Shown here piece by piece: positions 1 to 9,033 of a DNA stretch of 64,000 nt (position 1 is its first letter; each line of letters opens with the position of its first letter). The notes under the pieces were generated by a model, which made no database searches, was not told the origin of the DNA, and saw only the letters and a program-made list of their open reading frames with translations. Location: contig JAJYHZ010000002.1 of NCBI GenBank assembly GCA_021796335.1, positions 100,516 to 164,515 on the forward strand, in the 5' to 3' direction. The stretch comes from a bacterium. Its GTDB lineage: Bacteria; Patescibacteriota; Minisyncoccia; UBA6257; UBA9933. Made by a program: the position numbers and the translations under genes.

Positions 1-2046
1 TTCCATTTTGATTATTTTCGCCCTGACAAAATCGCCGACTTTCACGACGTCTTCAACTTTTTTCACGAATCCTTCTTTAAGTTCGGAAACATGAATCATT
101 CCTTCTCGTCCGCCGCCGATATCGACAATTGCGCCGAATTCCAGAATTTTAATAACGGTGCCCTCGACAATTTCTCCGATTTGAAACTCTTTGGTCAAAG
201 ACTGAATGGCGTGAATGGCCTGCTGAGCTTTTTGCATATCAGGAGCGGCAACGTAAACTTTTCCGTCCTGTTCAATATCTATTGTGGTGGCGCCGCTGGT
301 GGAGATAATCGAATTAATGACTTTACCGCCCGAACCGATAACTTCTCCGATCTGATCGGGCCTGATTTCCAATGTTAGAATAACCGGAGCATATTTGGAA
401 ACATTCTCACGCGGTTTGGCGATTGCTTTGGTTATAGTCTCTAAAATGTGCAGTCTGGCTTTTTTGGCTTGTTCCAAAATTTCGGAAAACATTCTGACGG
501 TAATGCCTTCGATTTTTACATCCATTTGAATGGCGGTGATGCCTTCTTCAGTTCCAGCGACTTTACAATCCATATCGCCGTAATGATCTTCCGGCCCCTG
601 AATATCGGTCAAAATTTTATATTTATCGGTGCTATTTTCCGTAATCAAGCCCATGGCGATTCCGGCTGCGGGTTTTTTAATCGGCACGCCGGCATCCATC
701 AAAGACATTGACGAAGCGCAAACGGTCGCCATTGAAGACGAACCATTTGAGGCTAAAATTTCGGAAACAATTCTGATTGTGTAAGGAAATTCTTCCTGGG
801 TCGGAATTAAGGGGCGAAGAGCTTTCTCAGCTAAGGCGCCGTGACCGATTTCGCGTCGGCCGGGAGCTCCCATTCTGCCGACTTCACCCGTAGCAAACGG
901 CGGAAAATTGTAATGAAGCATGAATCGCCTCTTGGTGGAAATCTCCATTGTTTCAATCATCTGTTCTGACCCGGGAGCTGCCAAAGTTGTGACTGCCAAA
1001 GCCTGAGTCCCTCCTCGGATAAATAAAGCGGAGCCATGCAGTCTTTCGAATAATCCGACTTCGGCATGCAAATCGCGAACTTCATCCAGTTTGCGTCCGT
1101 CGGGACGTAAATTCTTTTCCGAGATATTTTTATGCACCAGATCATCGATTTCTGTTTCAAAAAGATTATCGACTCCGGGAACAACGATATTTTCCTGGAC
1201 CAAATATTCATTTAATTCGTTGCGAACCTGGTCAAGATTGACATTGCGCGAAGTTTTATCCGTCTGGTAAACGGCGTCTTCTAATTTATCTTTCAAAAAA
1301 TTCCGGATTTTAGATTTTATTTCCGGATCCATCTCAGCCATTGCCACGTCGGCTTTCGGTTTTCCGATTTTCGCGGCGATGTCTTTCTGGAATTGAAGGA
1401 GTTTTTTGATTTCTTCATGAGCTTTTTCAAAGGCATCGGCAACTTCATTTTCTTTGACTTCATAACCCATCAACTCGATCATATTGATTCTTTTTTCGGT
1501 CGTACCGATAAATGCCTCGAAAGAAATATCTTCCGCTTCTCCGTTGCCCGGATTTACAATCACTTCTCCATTTTTCTTAACCAACCTGACGCCGGCAACC
1601 GGACCGTTCCAAGGAATATCCGAGATCATCAAGGCTGTTGAAGCGGTGAGAAGAGAGATAAAATCCGGGTCATTTTGTTCATCGTAAGAGAGAACGGTTA
1701 TGACAATTTGGACATCGCGACGGATCCTGTGGTCGAAAAGCGGACGGATGGTGCGATCGATCATGCGTCCGGATAAAACCGCGTTTTCCGACGGCCTCCC
1801 TTCGCGGCGCACAAAACGACTGCCGATAATTTTCCCGGCGGCATAAAATTTTTCTTCGTAATCAACTGTTAAAGGGAAATAATCAAGAGATCTGTCGGTT
1901 TTCCCCATTACAGCGGTGACTAAAACGGTCGTGTCTCCGTATTGGCCGATAACGGCGGCATTCGCTTGTTCCGCCATTTTAGAAATCGAAAGCTTGAGCG
2001 GCTTTCCCGCGAATTCCATCCGGAATTCTTTTTTATTCAATTCCAT
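1..2046 (-). CDS. pnp: polynucleotide phosphorylase (PNPase), C-terminus cut by window edge
   Basis: Reverse translation from 2046 reads MELNKKEFRMEF...DRSLDYFPLTVDYEEKFYAAGKIIGS, the conserved PNPase N-terminal RNase-PH motif. The frame stays open to position 1. It is missing from the ORF track because it runs off the window. Plus-strand ORFs 91..2152 are antisense artefacts. Confidence 0.9.
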   Translation of the reverse strand, partial: MELNKKEFRMEFAGKPLKLSISKMAEQANAAVIGQYGDTTVLVTAVMGKTDRSLDYFPLTVDYEEKFYAAGKIIGSRFVRREGRPSENAVLSGRMIDRTIRPLFDHRIRRDVQIVITVLSYDEQNDPDFISLLTASTALMISDIPWNGPVAGVRLVKKNGEVIVNPGNGEAEDISFEAFIGTTEKRINMIELMGYEVKENEVADAFEKAHEEIKKLLQFQKDIAAKIGKPKADVAMAEMDPEIKSKIRNFLKDKLEDAVYQTDKTSRNVNLDQVRNELNEYLVQENIVVPGVDNLFETEIDDLVHKNISEKNLRPDGRKLDEVRDLHAEVGLFERLHGSALFIRGGTQALAVTTLAAPGSEQMIETMEISTKRRFMLHYNFPPFATGEVGRMGAPGRREIGHGALAEKALRPLIPTQEEFPYTIRIVSEILASNGSSSMATVCASSMSLMDAGVPIKKPAAGIAMGLITENSTDKYKILTDIQGPEDHYGDMDCKVAGTEEGITAIQMDVKIEGITVRMFSEILEQAKKARLHILETITKAIAKPRENVSKYAPVILTLEIRPDQIGEVIGSGGKVINSIISTSGATTIDIEQDGKVYVAAPDMQKAQQAIHAIQSLTKEFQIGEIVEGTVIKILEFGAIVDIGGGREGMIHVSELKEGFVKKVEDVVKVGDFVRAKIIKME

Positions 2047-2233
2047 TTCATTTATCTTATGCGATGCCAATATACGAATACAAATGAAAATAAGTCAAAA
2101 TTCAAAAGTCAAATCTCAAAAACAAGGCAGTAATTTAAATTTAATTTTTTAAATCGTTTTACCTTTTGACTTTTCAATTTTGCATTATTCTCATCGCGGA
2201 TTGGCACACCGACATCGCAGTAGCATTACTTAT

Positions 2234-2749
2234 TTATTTTTTAATTAAAACCTTAGGAATCTCGGCGATATCCACGAAAAGATCGGCGGATTCTTTCAAT
2301 CTAATAGCGGCGTTTCTGCCGAAACCGGCAACCTCGACAATTCTGCCGCGTCCCCATTTCAGATAATCCAGCAGCGGAAGAAAATCTCCGTCCCCGGTTA
2401 CCAATATAATAACATCCAAAGCGTCCGCCATGCGGACGGCATCAACCGCCATTCCAACATCCCAATCGGCTTTTTTCATTCCGCTGGAAAAAACCTGCAG
2501 CTCCTTTACGCGCAAATCGATTCCGGCCTTTTCAAGCGCTTCAAAAAAAGAAGCTTCGCCAGGAGTCTCTTCGCCGGCTTGAGTTTCGCTCTTAACTACA
2601 TAGCCGAGAGCGCGAATCAAATGGCGATTTGCGGTCAAATTTTTCACCAATTCGGCATAGTTGACTTTGGAGTCGTAAAGATTTTTGGCCGAATGATAAA
2701 GGTTCTGAACGTCTATAAAGATTCCTATTCTTTGATCCTTAAACCTCAC
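2234..2749 (-). CDS. NYN/LabA-like PIN-fold domain protein
   Basis: 171 aa with IFIDVQNL and ILVTGDGDF motifs typical of the NYN (LabA/YacP-like) nuclease fold. It sits between rpsO and pnp. Confidence 0.65.
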   Translation of the reverse strand: MRFKDQRIGIFIDVQNLYHSAKNLYDSKVNYAELVKNLTANRHLIRALGYVVKSETQAGEETPGEASFFEALEKAGIDLRVKELQVFSSGMKKADWDVGMAVDAVRMADALDVIILVTGDGDFLPLLDYLKWGRGRIVEVAGFGRNAAIRLKESADLFVDIAEIPKVLIKK

Positions 2750-2821
2750 GGGTTTTGACTGCGGACTACGGGCTACGGACTACTGCAAATAAGCTGTGGT
2801 CGGTAGTCTATAGGCTGCAGA

Positions 2822-3091
2822 CTATTTTTTCAGTCCTAATTTTTTAATAACTTTTGCGTAATTTTTTTCATCGGTTTTTTCCAAATAACCGAGCAATCTC
2901 TTTCTTTTCCCAACCATCTTTAATAAGCCCCTGCGAGAGTGGTTATCTTTCGGATTCTTTTTTAGATGGCTGGTCAGTTCGGAAATCTGTTTGGTAGTCA
3001 TCGCAATCTGCACTTCAACGGAACCGGTATCGGCGTCATGTGCCTGAAAGTCCTTTATTATATTTTGTTTTTGTCGCTTAGTTAGCATGTT
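2822..3091 (-). CDS. rpsO: 30S ribosomal protein S15
   Basis: LTKRQKQNIIKDFQAHDADTGSVEVQIA...HSRRGLLKMVGKRKRLLGYL is the S15 signature. The likely start is MLTKRQK; the track ORF extends to 3127. Classic rpsO-pnp neighbourhood. Confidence 0.9.
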   Translation of the reverse strand, partial: NMLTKRQKQNIIKDFQAHDADTGSVEVQIAMTTKQISELTSHLKKNPKDNHSRRGLLKMVGKRKRLLGYLEKTDEKNYAKVIKKLGLKK

Positions 3092-3433
3092 AGGAAAGAT
3101 AATACCATAGACATCGTTATATTGCAAGTTTGATTAACACTGTTTAAAAACATCATTTATGCCCAGAGTTTATCGATCCGCGCACAACCAATCTAATATA
3201 CGAATGCAGTTCCTCGACCGCACGGTCGCGGGAAGCTTAATATTTTATCCGCCGTGGCGGATAAAATATCAGATTATTATTATTTCGCCGTATTTCTTCG
3301 ACCCCATATGAAGTTTATACGCGGCAAGCAGGCTCAGGAAATATAAATCCTGAGAGGTTTTCAAGCAACCAAATTTGATTAAAATTGAAGCTGTTTTTGA
3401 CAAAATTGATAAAATAAATAGAATTTAGATATT

Positions 3434-3520
3434 GCCCGGGTGGCGGAATTGGCAGACGCGCAGGACTCAAAATCCTGTAATCGCAAGGTTGTGTGGGTTC
3501 AACTCCCACCCCGGGCACCA
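3434..3520 (+). tRNA. tRNA-Leu(CAA)
   Basis: GCCCGGG acceptor pairs with CCCGGGC. Anticodon loop CTCAAAA gives CAA. Long variable arm. Encoded CCA (..GGGCACCA). Confidence 0.85.
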
Positions 3521-3542
3521 CGTAGGAAATTTCAAGCGGCTT

Positions 3543-4082
3543 ATGAATAAGAAAAATATTGTTTTAATAATAGTGCTAGTTGTTGCTCTAGGCGCAATAG
3601 TATATTTTTTTACTTCTAATAATTCCTCCGCACCGACCACCTTACCGACTTCTACAAACCCATCGCCGCAACAACCAGTAGTTCCGACAGATAGCAACCC
3701 CGTGACACCGACAATATCGTCGTCTGGTGCCAATGACAGGAGTGTCATCTTATCAGAACTTCAAAGATTGAATATTGAAGTTACTGGAGCGTCTAAACAG
3801 ATAGAACTAGAACTTCCTTCGGTTTTATCTGATGCTAATTGGGGATTAAAGAAAATCATATGCGAAGAAGGAGGATACAATTTATCAGCCTACGCCGGAA
3901 AAACAATTTTGTTCACGTCTTATCCAATTAACGAAGTGTGGAATAATACGGAACCGCTAAATGTGTGGGTGGCAACTAGCGAAGATAAAATTGTATGCGT
4001 TTACAAAGCAGTCAGAGAAAACAGCATGGTTGCTCCCGGAATTTTTTCCATCAAAGAAAATTCCAATATCAAGAAGAAATAA
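3543..4082 (+). CDS. hypothetical membrane-anchored protein with Pro/Thr-rich linker
   Basis: ATG at 3543 lies downstream of the tRNA. N-terminal TM helix MNKKNIVLIIVLVVALGAIVYFF, then a PTTLPTSTNPSPQQPVVPT linker and a globular C-terminal domain. No recognisable family. Confidence 0.5.
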   Translation: MNKKNIVLIIVLVVALGAIVYFFTSNNSSAPTTLPTSTNPSPQQPVVPTDSNPVTPTISSSGANDRSVILSELQRLNIEVTGASKQIELELPSVLSDANWGLKKIICEEGGYNLSAYAGKTILFTSYPINEVWNNTEPLNVWVATSEDKIVCVYKAVRENSMVAPGIFSIKENSNIKKK

Positions 4083-4288
4083 AATTTCAAAGAACTTGCC
4101 GCCAAAGAAAAATTTGAAATTGTCAGCGGTGCGGCTCCGCCGCCTTTCCGAATTTTCGCGGGGGGTTTTCCTCGACGCCGCAGGCGGCGAAATGCGTTCG
4201 GACTAATTCAAGAATACTACACCAGAGTTAGTAATTTAGTTTTTAGTGATCAGAGATTATAATTTTTAAAAATTTATTGGAATAAAAA

Positions 4289-4318
4289 GGTGCGCTTTTG
4301 CTTTAAAACAAGCGCACC
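4289..4318. terminator. bidirectional intrinsic terminator hairpin
   Basis: GGTGCGC..(loop)..GCGCACC with U-runs on both strands. It overlaps the stop of the minus-strand ORF 4303..4569. Confidence 0.6.
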
Positions 4319-4569
4319 CGTATTTTCGGATCAGAGCTTGATATGATGGGAACATTAAAATTTATATTATCCATTCCCACCAAAAGCCGCTGGCCGTTTG
4401 AAAGCCACCCTAATAAGCACGGCGTTTTCGACGCCGCCTTGCATTTCGCAATTTCCCTAAGCTCGCTCGGAGAACTTTTGATTGTAATTTGCTCTCCTGT
4501 TTTAAGAGTAACAATGTATCCTCTTCGACACATTGCCAAACCAATCATAACTTTCATACCTTTATCCAT
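4303..4569 (-). CDS. hypothetical small protein
   Basis: 88-aa ORF with its own downstream terminator. No recognisable motifs. Preferred over the overlapping + ORF 4343..4774, which runs into hsp20. Confidence 0.35.
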   Translation of the reverse strand: MDKGMKVMIGLAMCRRGYIVTLKTGEQITIKSSPSELREIAKCKAASKTPCLLGWLSNGQRLLVGMDNINFNVPIISSSDPKIRVRLF

Positions 4570-4600
4570 TTTCTCTCCTTCTGCACTTTTTAATATGCAA

Positions 4601-4620
4601 AAATCCGCCGTGGCGGATTT
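4601..4620. terminator. terminator hairpin AAATCCGCC-GTG-GGCGGATTT
   Basis: Perfect 9-bp stem with a tri-loop, then a U-run on the minus-strand transcript just after the hsp20 stop (4624). Confidence 0.6.
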
Positions 4621-4623
4621 ATT

Positions 4624-5124
4624 TCATTCAAACCTAACCTTAACTTTTTTGGATTTTTTCTTATCAACTTTCGGCAAAATAATCTTTAGAATTCCGTTTT
4701 TAAAAGTAGCAGACACGTGGTCGGGGTTAATTTCCTGCGGAAGAATGACTGAGCGAGAAAACCTGCCCCAGTAACACTCCTGATAAAGATAATCGCGTCC
4801 TTCGGTTTTTCCCGTGTATTCTCTTTTGCCCTTAACGGTTATGGCTTCGGGGCTTATTTCCAAATCCAGGTCATCGGCATTGACTCCGGCAATCGCAGCT
4901 TCAATGACGATATCATCGGAAGTCTGATAAACATCAATCGCCAATTGCCCCTCTCCTTCGTCAAAAATTTCCGATTCTTTTTCTTTTTCAAAGTTTGTTT
5001 CTCTCTCTTTCACGGATGACGCCTTAACTAATTGAGGTTCAAAATTTTGCTCTTCGTCGGATTCGGTGGAAACGACTCCGGCCAATTTTTCAAAGAATTT
5101 TTTCGTGTTGTCGTCGTGTGACAT
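4624..5124 (-). CDS. Hsp20/alpha-crystallin family small heat-shock protein
   Basis: C-terminal alpha-crystallin domain (RSVILPQEINPDHVSATFKNGILKIILPK) with an acidic N-terminal region. Confidence 0.8.
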   Translation of the reverse strand: MSHDDNTKKFFEKLAGVVSTESDEEQNFEPQLVKASSVKERETNFEKEKESEIFDEGEGQLAIDVYQTSDDIVIEAAIAGVNADDLDLEISPEAITVKGKREYTGKTEGRDYLYQECYWGRFSRSVILPQEINPDHVSATFKNGILKIILPKVDKKKSKKVKVRFE

Positions 5125-5141
5125 GCGAATTTCAGATTTAA

Positions 5142-5819
5142 TTAATTGATTTTAATGTTATCATTTTTTTTCAAAATCTCAAAATCGTTAAAAATAAAAA
5201 AAGCCGCAAAAATCAGTATGATAATCGGATAAATAAATATGCCGCTAAAAACGATTATGGAATAGTTAAAAATTGCATGAAGAGCGGTTGCCAGAATTAA
5301 GCCAAACACGGAAAAAATAAAAACTTTTTTCTTTATGATTCCTTTTGCCCAATAGTAGCCGACTAATCCGGAACTGAGTACGTGCAGCAGAGTCGCGCCC
5401 AAAAATCGGAATACGAGCAATCCGATCCGTTCATCAAGTATCTGATTGCCGAACATTATGCCTATGTTCTCTATGGCGGCCATGCCGGAAGCGGCAGTTA
5501 TCATGTAAATCATGGCATCAATCGGCTCGTCGAAAAATTTGCTTTTACGCATTATCAAAAAAACCGGAAAGAATTTAAGAATTTCTTCGACGGCGGCAAA
5601 TCCGAATATTGGGCCGAAAGTTTTTAAATTCGCAAAATTGTCCGGAAATTCCAGCTGTAACAGATATTGAATCCCGGCCGCAAGAAGAGCGGAAAACATT
5701 CCGACCAGAAAAAGGGGGAATATTGTTCTTTTCGGTTCCGGATGAATATCTTCCTGAAGAAAAAATCCCAACCAGATAAAACTGGGCAACAAACCCAAGA
5801 ATATTAGCAGAACATTCAT
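5142..5819 (-). CDS. PrsW-family intramembrane protease-like membrane protein
   Basis: Polytopic membrane protein with FAAVEEILKF (EExxK), GMAAIEN and LLHVLSSG motifs resembling the PrsW/CPBP-type protease signature. Confidence 0.55.
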   Translation of the reverse strand: MNVLLIFLGLLPSFIWLGFFLQEDIHPEPKRTIFPLFLVGMFSALLAAGIQYLLQLEFPDNFANLKTFGPIFGFAAVEEILKFFPVFLIMRKSKFFDEPIDAMIYMITAASGMAAIENIGIMFGNQILDERIGLLVFRFLGATLLHVLSSGLVGYYWAKGIIKKKVFIFSVFGLILATALHAIFNYSIIVFSGIFIYPIIILIFAAFFIFNDFEILKKNDNIKIN

Positions 5820-5916
5820 TGATCGGCTTATGGCTTATGGCTGATAGCTTATGGTTCGCAAATTTTTAAAATGAAATAATCCAACCATATGCTACATGCC
5901 ATTAGCTATTTGCTAT

Positions 5917-7170
5917 TTAAATCTCAAACCATCCCTTGATTATATTTTCTTCAATAATTTCGGAAAGTTTTTCCTCCCCGAAAAATTCTATGAAAATTTT
6001 ATTCCATAAAGATTCCTGCTGGTGATAGAGATATCTAGCCATTTCTTTTTGTTTGACCAGATCCATGGCCGCGTCCACCAAGTTGAAACTGACCAAGACA
6101 TCTATTCCGGAATCAGTTTTGAAATAATCGCCGACCCAGCCAAGATCGTGCCAAAAGCTCAAATCGGCGGTAAAACCTTTTAGTTCGCGGGAAATCAAAA
6201 GAAGCATCCTTTCCGCTCTGGCCCAGTGCAAAGCTTCGGGATTTATGTGCGGCTCGAACAAGCGCCAGTCGTTGGGATCGTCTTTCGTCAAATATCTTTG
6301 AATAACCATCCAGGTTGATTTGCCGGAAGGCGGCAAACGTTTTTCCGGCACGTCGCCCCGCAACAAGGAAACTATTTTTTTTGAAAAATCGCCTTCATTT
6401 TGGGAATAACGCCTGAATAATCTGGAGTAAAAAGCGATTTCATTGAAATAATGCAGAATCAGAGAGAAATTACGCAGTGTCTCGCCGGTGATTTCCAAAG
6501 ATAAGGGAAGAGCGTAGATGACACCGAGTTCTTTCAGGTGGCTGATATTATGGTGCTTTTTCTGGATAAAACTTCTTGCCAATACAGACCATTTTTCCGG
6601 CAAAGCCAGGGTAGTGATCTCCCTTTCTTCAAAATCAGACGGTTTCAAAGTTTCGTACTGCTTAAAAAAAACGTTACTGAGCCATTCGCCTCCTTCAATA
6701 AAGCGCAAACTGCTGTAAATTTCAAAAAAATCTTCATTAGCGGTAAGTTCGTCGACATCTCGATAACCCAAGGCCTGAATAACATTTAAGGGCGGCTGAT
6801 TTTTCAAAAATTCCAAAGCTTTTTCTTTTTTTAAAAAAAGTCCTTTTTCGGGATTAATCAGTTTTTTGCTTACTTTTAAAATATTGTCCCAATCTTTTGG
6901 AGAAGTGGCGCTAGGTTCGCCTAAAACTTTGTAAAGTTTAGCATCATCTTCTCCCAGTTTTTTGATAATCGCATCATAAACATTTTTGGCCGGCGCGTCC
7001 TTTTCCAGGCCGAGCAGATTCAAATGACTGCCGATGGAATTCTCGTTCTTCTCCCACAATTTTTCTATCACATCTTTCTTTCCGGTTATGTCGGAAAACT
7101 TTTCTTCTATTGACCGCACAACATCTTTGTCAATCCGTAAAATTTTCGCGATGTTTTCGTAGGGTTTCAT
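5917..7170 (-). CDS. hypothetical protein (417 aa)
   Basis: Long uninterrupted ORF with a coding-like composition. No recognisable domain. Confidence 0.5.
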   Translation of the reverse strand: MKPYENIAKILRIDKDVVRSIEEKFSDITGKKDVIEKLWEKNENSIGSHLNLLGLEKDAPAKNVYDAIIKKLGEDDAKLYKVLGEPSATSPKDWDNILKVSKKLINPEKGLFLKKEKALEFLKNQPPLNVIQALGYRDVDELTANEDFFEIYSSLRFIEGGEWLSNVFFKQYETLKPSDFEEREITTLALPEKWSVLARSFIQKKHHNISHLKELGVIYALPLSLEITGETLRNFSLILHYFNEIAFYSRLFRRYSQNEGDFSKKIVSLLRGDVPEKRLPPSGKSTWMVIQRYLTKDDPNDWRLFEPHINPEALHWARAERMLLLISRELKGFTADLSFWHDLGWVGDYFKTDSGIDVLVSFNLVDAAMDLVKQKEMARYLYHQQESLWNKIFIEFFGEEKLSEIIEENIIKGWFEI

Positions 7171-7383
7171 GGAGCAGTTTTTAGTGATTAGCCTTTAGTT
7201 TTTAGTATAAAAATATTTTCGGCTTATGACAAATTTAAAAATCCGCGACGAGTTATTCCCGCTTTTTATAACTAATTTGTATAAAAATCGGCTGATTTTG
7301 AAGCTCTACTTGTCTATATGATTGGTTGCGGCCCATAATGCGGGAGCTGCGAATGCGAATGGACCAGGTCATCTTTTTTTAAA

Positions 7384-8328
7384 TCATTCGTGTTCGGATT
7401 TTATTCTGCCGCCTAAAGTACGCAGTTCTTTTAAAGCTTCCCCGGCCTGTTCTTTATTCGGCGGGATGCCGTGCCACAGGTAATCCGATTCCATGAAGCT
7501 GACTCCCTTGCCGGGTATTGTGTGAGCGATGATCACGGTCGGCTTTTCGAAAGTCGCTTTGGCTTCGGTTACGGCTGAAACAAATTCTCGGATATCATGG
7601 CCGTCCACCTCCAAAACATTCCAGTTGAAAGATTCGTATTTGTCACGCAGGGAGTCAAGCGGCATCACATCTTCGGTAAAACCGTCGATTTGAATATTAT
7701 TGCGGTCAATAACAACGGTCAAATTATTTAATCTGTTTTTTCCGGCAAACATAATCGCTTCCCAGACAATCCCTTCTTGATGTTCCCCATCGGACATTAT
7801 GCAATAAATGTGTTTTTGTTTTGCTTGTACTGAGCCTGTCAAAGCATCCATTTTGGCGGCCAAGGAAATGCCTATTGCCTGAGGCAAACCGTTGCCTAAA
7901 GGGCCAGAAGTTATTTCCACGCCGGGCAATGATTTGCGATGCGGATGGCCCTGCAAACGGCTTCCTAATTTTCTTAAGGTCATAAGTTGTTCCATGGGAA
8001 AATATCCGGCGCGAGCCAAGGCAGCGTACAAAACGGGGCAAATGTGGCCGTTTGACAAAATTAGGCGGTCACGGTCAGGCCAATTCGGATTTTTGGGATT
8101 ATGATTAAGAATGTGAAAATAAAAAGCGGCGAAAATATCCGCCATGCCCAACGATCCCGCCGAATGGCCGGATTTAGCTTTAAGAAGCATGTTAATAATG
8201 TCTTCCCTGATTTGATTGGCGGTTTCTTCCAATAACGCCACTTTTTTTTCATGCAAATATTCCGAAGAAAATCGCTGAATTACTGAATCACCGGGTTGTT
8301 TTTTCTTTAATAATTTAGCCATATACAA
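7384..8328 (-). CDS. tktA_N: transketolase, N-terminal (TPP-binding) subunit
   Basis: SGHSAGSLGMADIF, GPLGNGLPQAIG and DGEHQEG motifs of the transketolase PP domain. 314 aa, the size of the split N-terminal subunit. Confidence 0.85.
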   Translation of the reverse strand: MYMAKLLKKKQPGDSVIQRFSSEYLHEKKVALLEETANQIREDIINMLLKAKSGHSAGSLGMADIFAAFYFHILNHNPKNPNWPDRDRLILSNGHICPVLYAALARAGYFPMEQLMTLRKLGSRLQGHPHRKSLPGVEITSGPLGNGLPQAIGISLAAKMDALTGSVQAKQKHIYCIMSDGEHQEGIVWEAIMFAGKNRLNNLTVVIDRNNIQIDGFTEDVMPLDSLRDKYESFNWNVLEVDGHDIREFVSAVTEAKATFEKPTVIIAHTIPGKGVSFMESDYLWHGIPPNKEQAGEALKELRTLGGRIKSEHE

Positions 8329-8334
8329 TTTATT

Positions 8335-9030
8335 TTACATTTTTTTAATTTCAACGGGAGTAGGTATATCTTTCGACGTATTTTTATAAATGAAAGGAAC
8401 TCTGATAGTCGGTTTAGGCAGAATCAAATCGGGAATGGACAAAAGCATGAGGGAGCTGCCCAAAGACAAGAATCCGGTGAGGATAAAGACGATATTGAAA
8501 CCGAAATTTTTTGATAAGAATCCGCCGATGAAAGCGGCAACGCCGGAAACGATGCCTATAGTAGTGCTGTCCAAAGACCAGTCAAGAGAATAGCGGTCTT
8601 TGTCCAAATGGCGGGAAAAAATCGCGTTCCAGGAGGGAGAATACAGACCGAAGGCTATGCCTTGCAAAAAAGTGACCAGATAAAGTTCGAGAGTCGATCT
8701 GACGGTAAGAAATAAAATCGCGGCGAATCCCGCCAGTGTCAACGCGGATATCAAAGCATAGAAATCATCCTTTTCGCCGGGATGCTTGTCCAAGAAAACC
8801 GCCACGGGAATTTGAATGACGGACTTGGTTATCCAGTAAACGGAATAAACGCTTCCGACGACAAAAAAACTGGCATGAACTTTTTGAGTGATAAACAAAG
8901 CCAGCAAAGGATTGATTAAGCCCCAACCGCCCCAAAGAAATAGATCGGAAAGGACAAAAAATTTAATGACTCTGCCAACCGATAGATTTTTGAAGTTGAT
9001 ATTAATGTTTATCCTCATAATGAACGGCAA
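8335..9030 (-). CDS. MFS-like 6-TM membrane protein (half-transporter or truncated)
   Basis: Six predicted TM helices with MFS-like loops (GIAFGLYSPSWNAIFSRHLDKDRYS). Only half the size of a 12-TM MFS transporter. Confidence 0.45.
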   Translation of the reverse strand: MPFIMRINININFKNLSVGRVIKFFVLSDLFLWGGWGLINPLLALFITQKVHASFFVVGSVYSVYWITKSVIQIPVAVFLDKHPGEKDDFYALISALTLAGFAAILFLTVRSTLELYLVTFLQGIAFGLYSPSWNAIFSRHLDKDRYSLDWSLDSTTIGIVSGVAAFIGGFLSKNFGFNIVFILTGFLSLGSSLMLLSIPDLILPKPTIRVPFIYKNTSKDIPTPVEIKKM

Positions 9031-9033
9031 ATA

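Noticed and set aside
91-2152. Plus-strand ORFs 91..378, 448..711, 1393..1687, 1916..2152
   Set aside because: They are antisense to the uninterrupted minus-strand PNPase frame and have low-complexity, stop-poor translations typical of reverse-frame artefacts.
4343-4774. ORF 4343..4774 (+), 143 aa
   Set aside because: It overlaps the well-supported hsp20 gene and the minus-strand ORF 4303..4569, runs through two terminator hairpins, and has a hydrophobic low-complexity translation.
5820-5916. GCCATTAGCTAT-like motif and GCTTATGG tandem repeats (also near 13418, 52050, 52969)
   Set aside because: Short AT-rich motifs recurring in spacers. Orientation relative to downstream genes is inconsistent, so I could not support a promoter or operator call.
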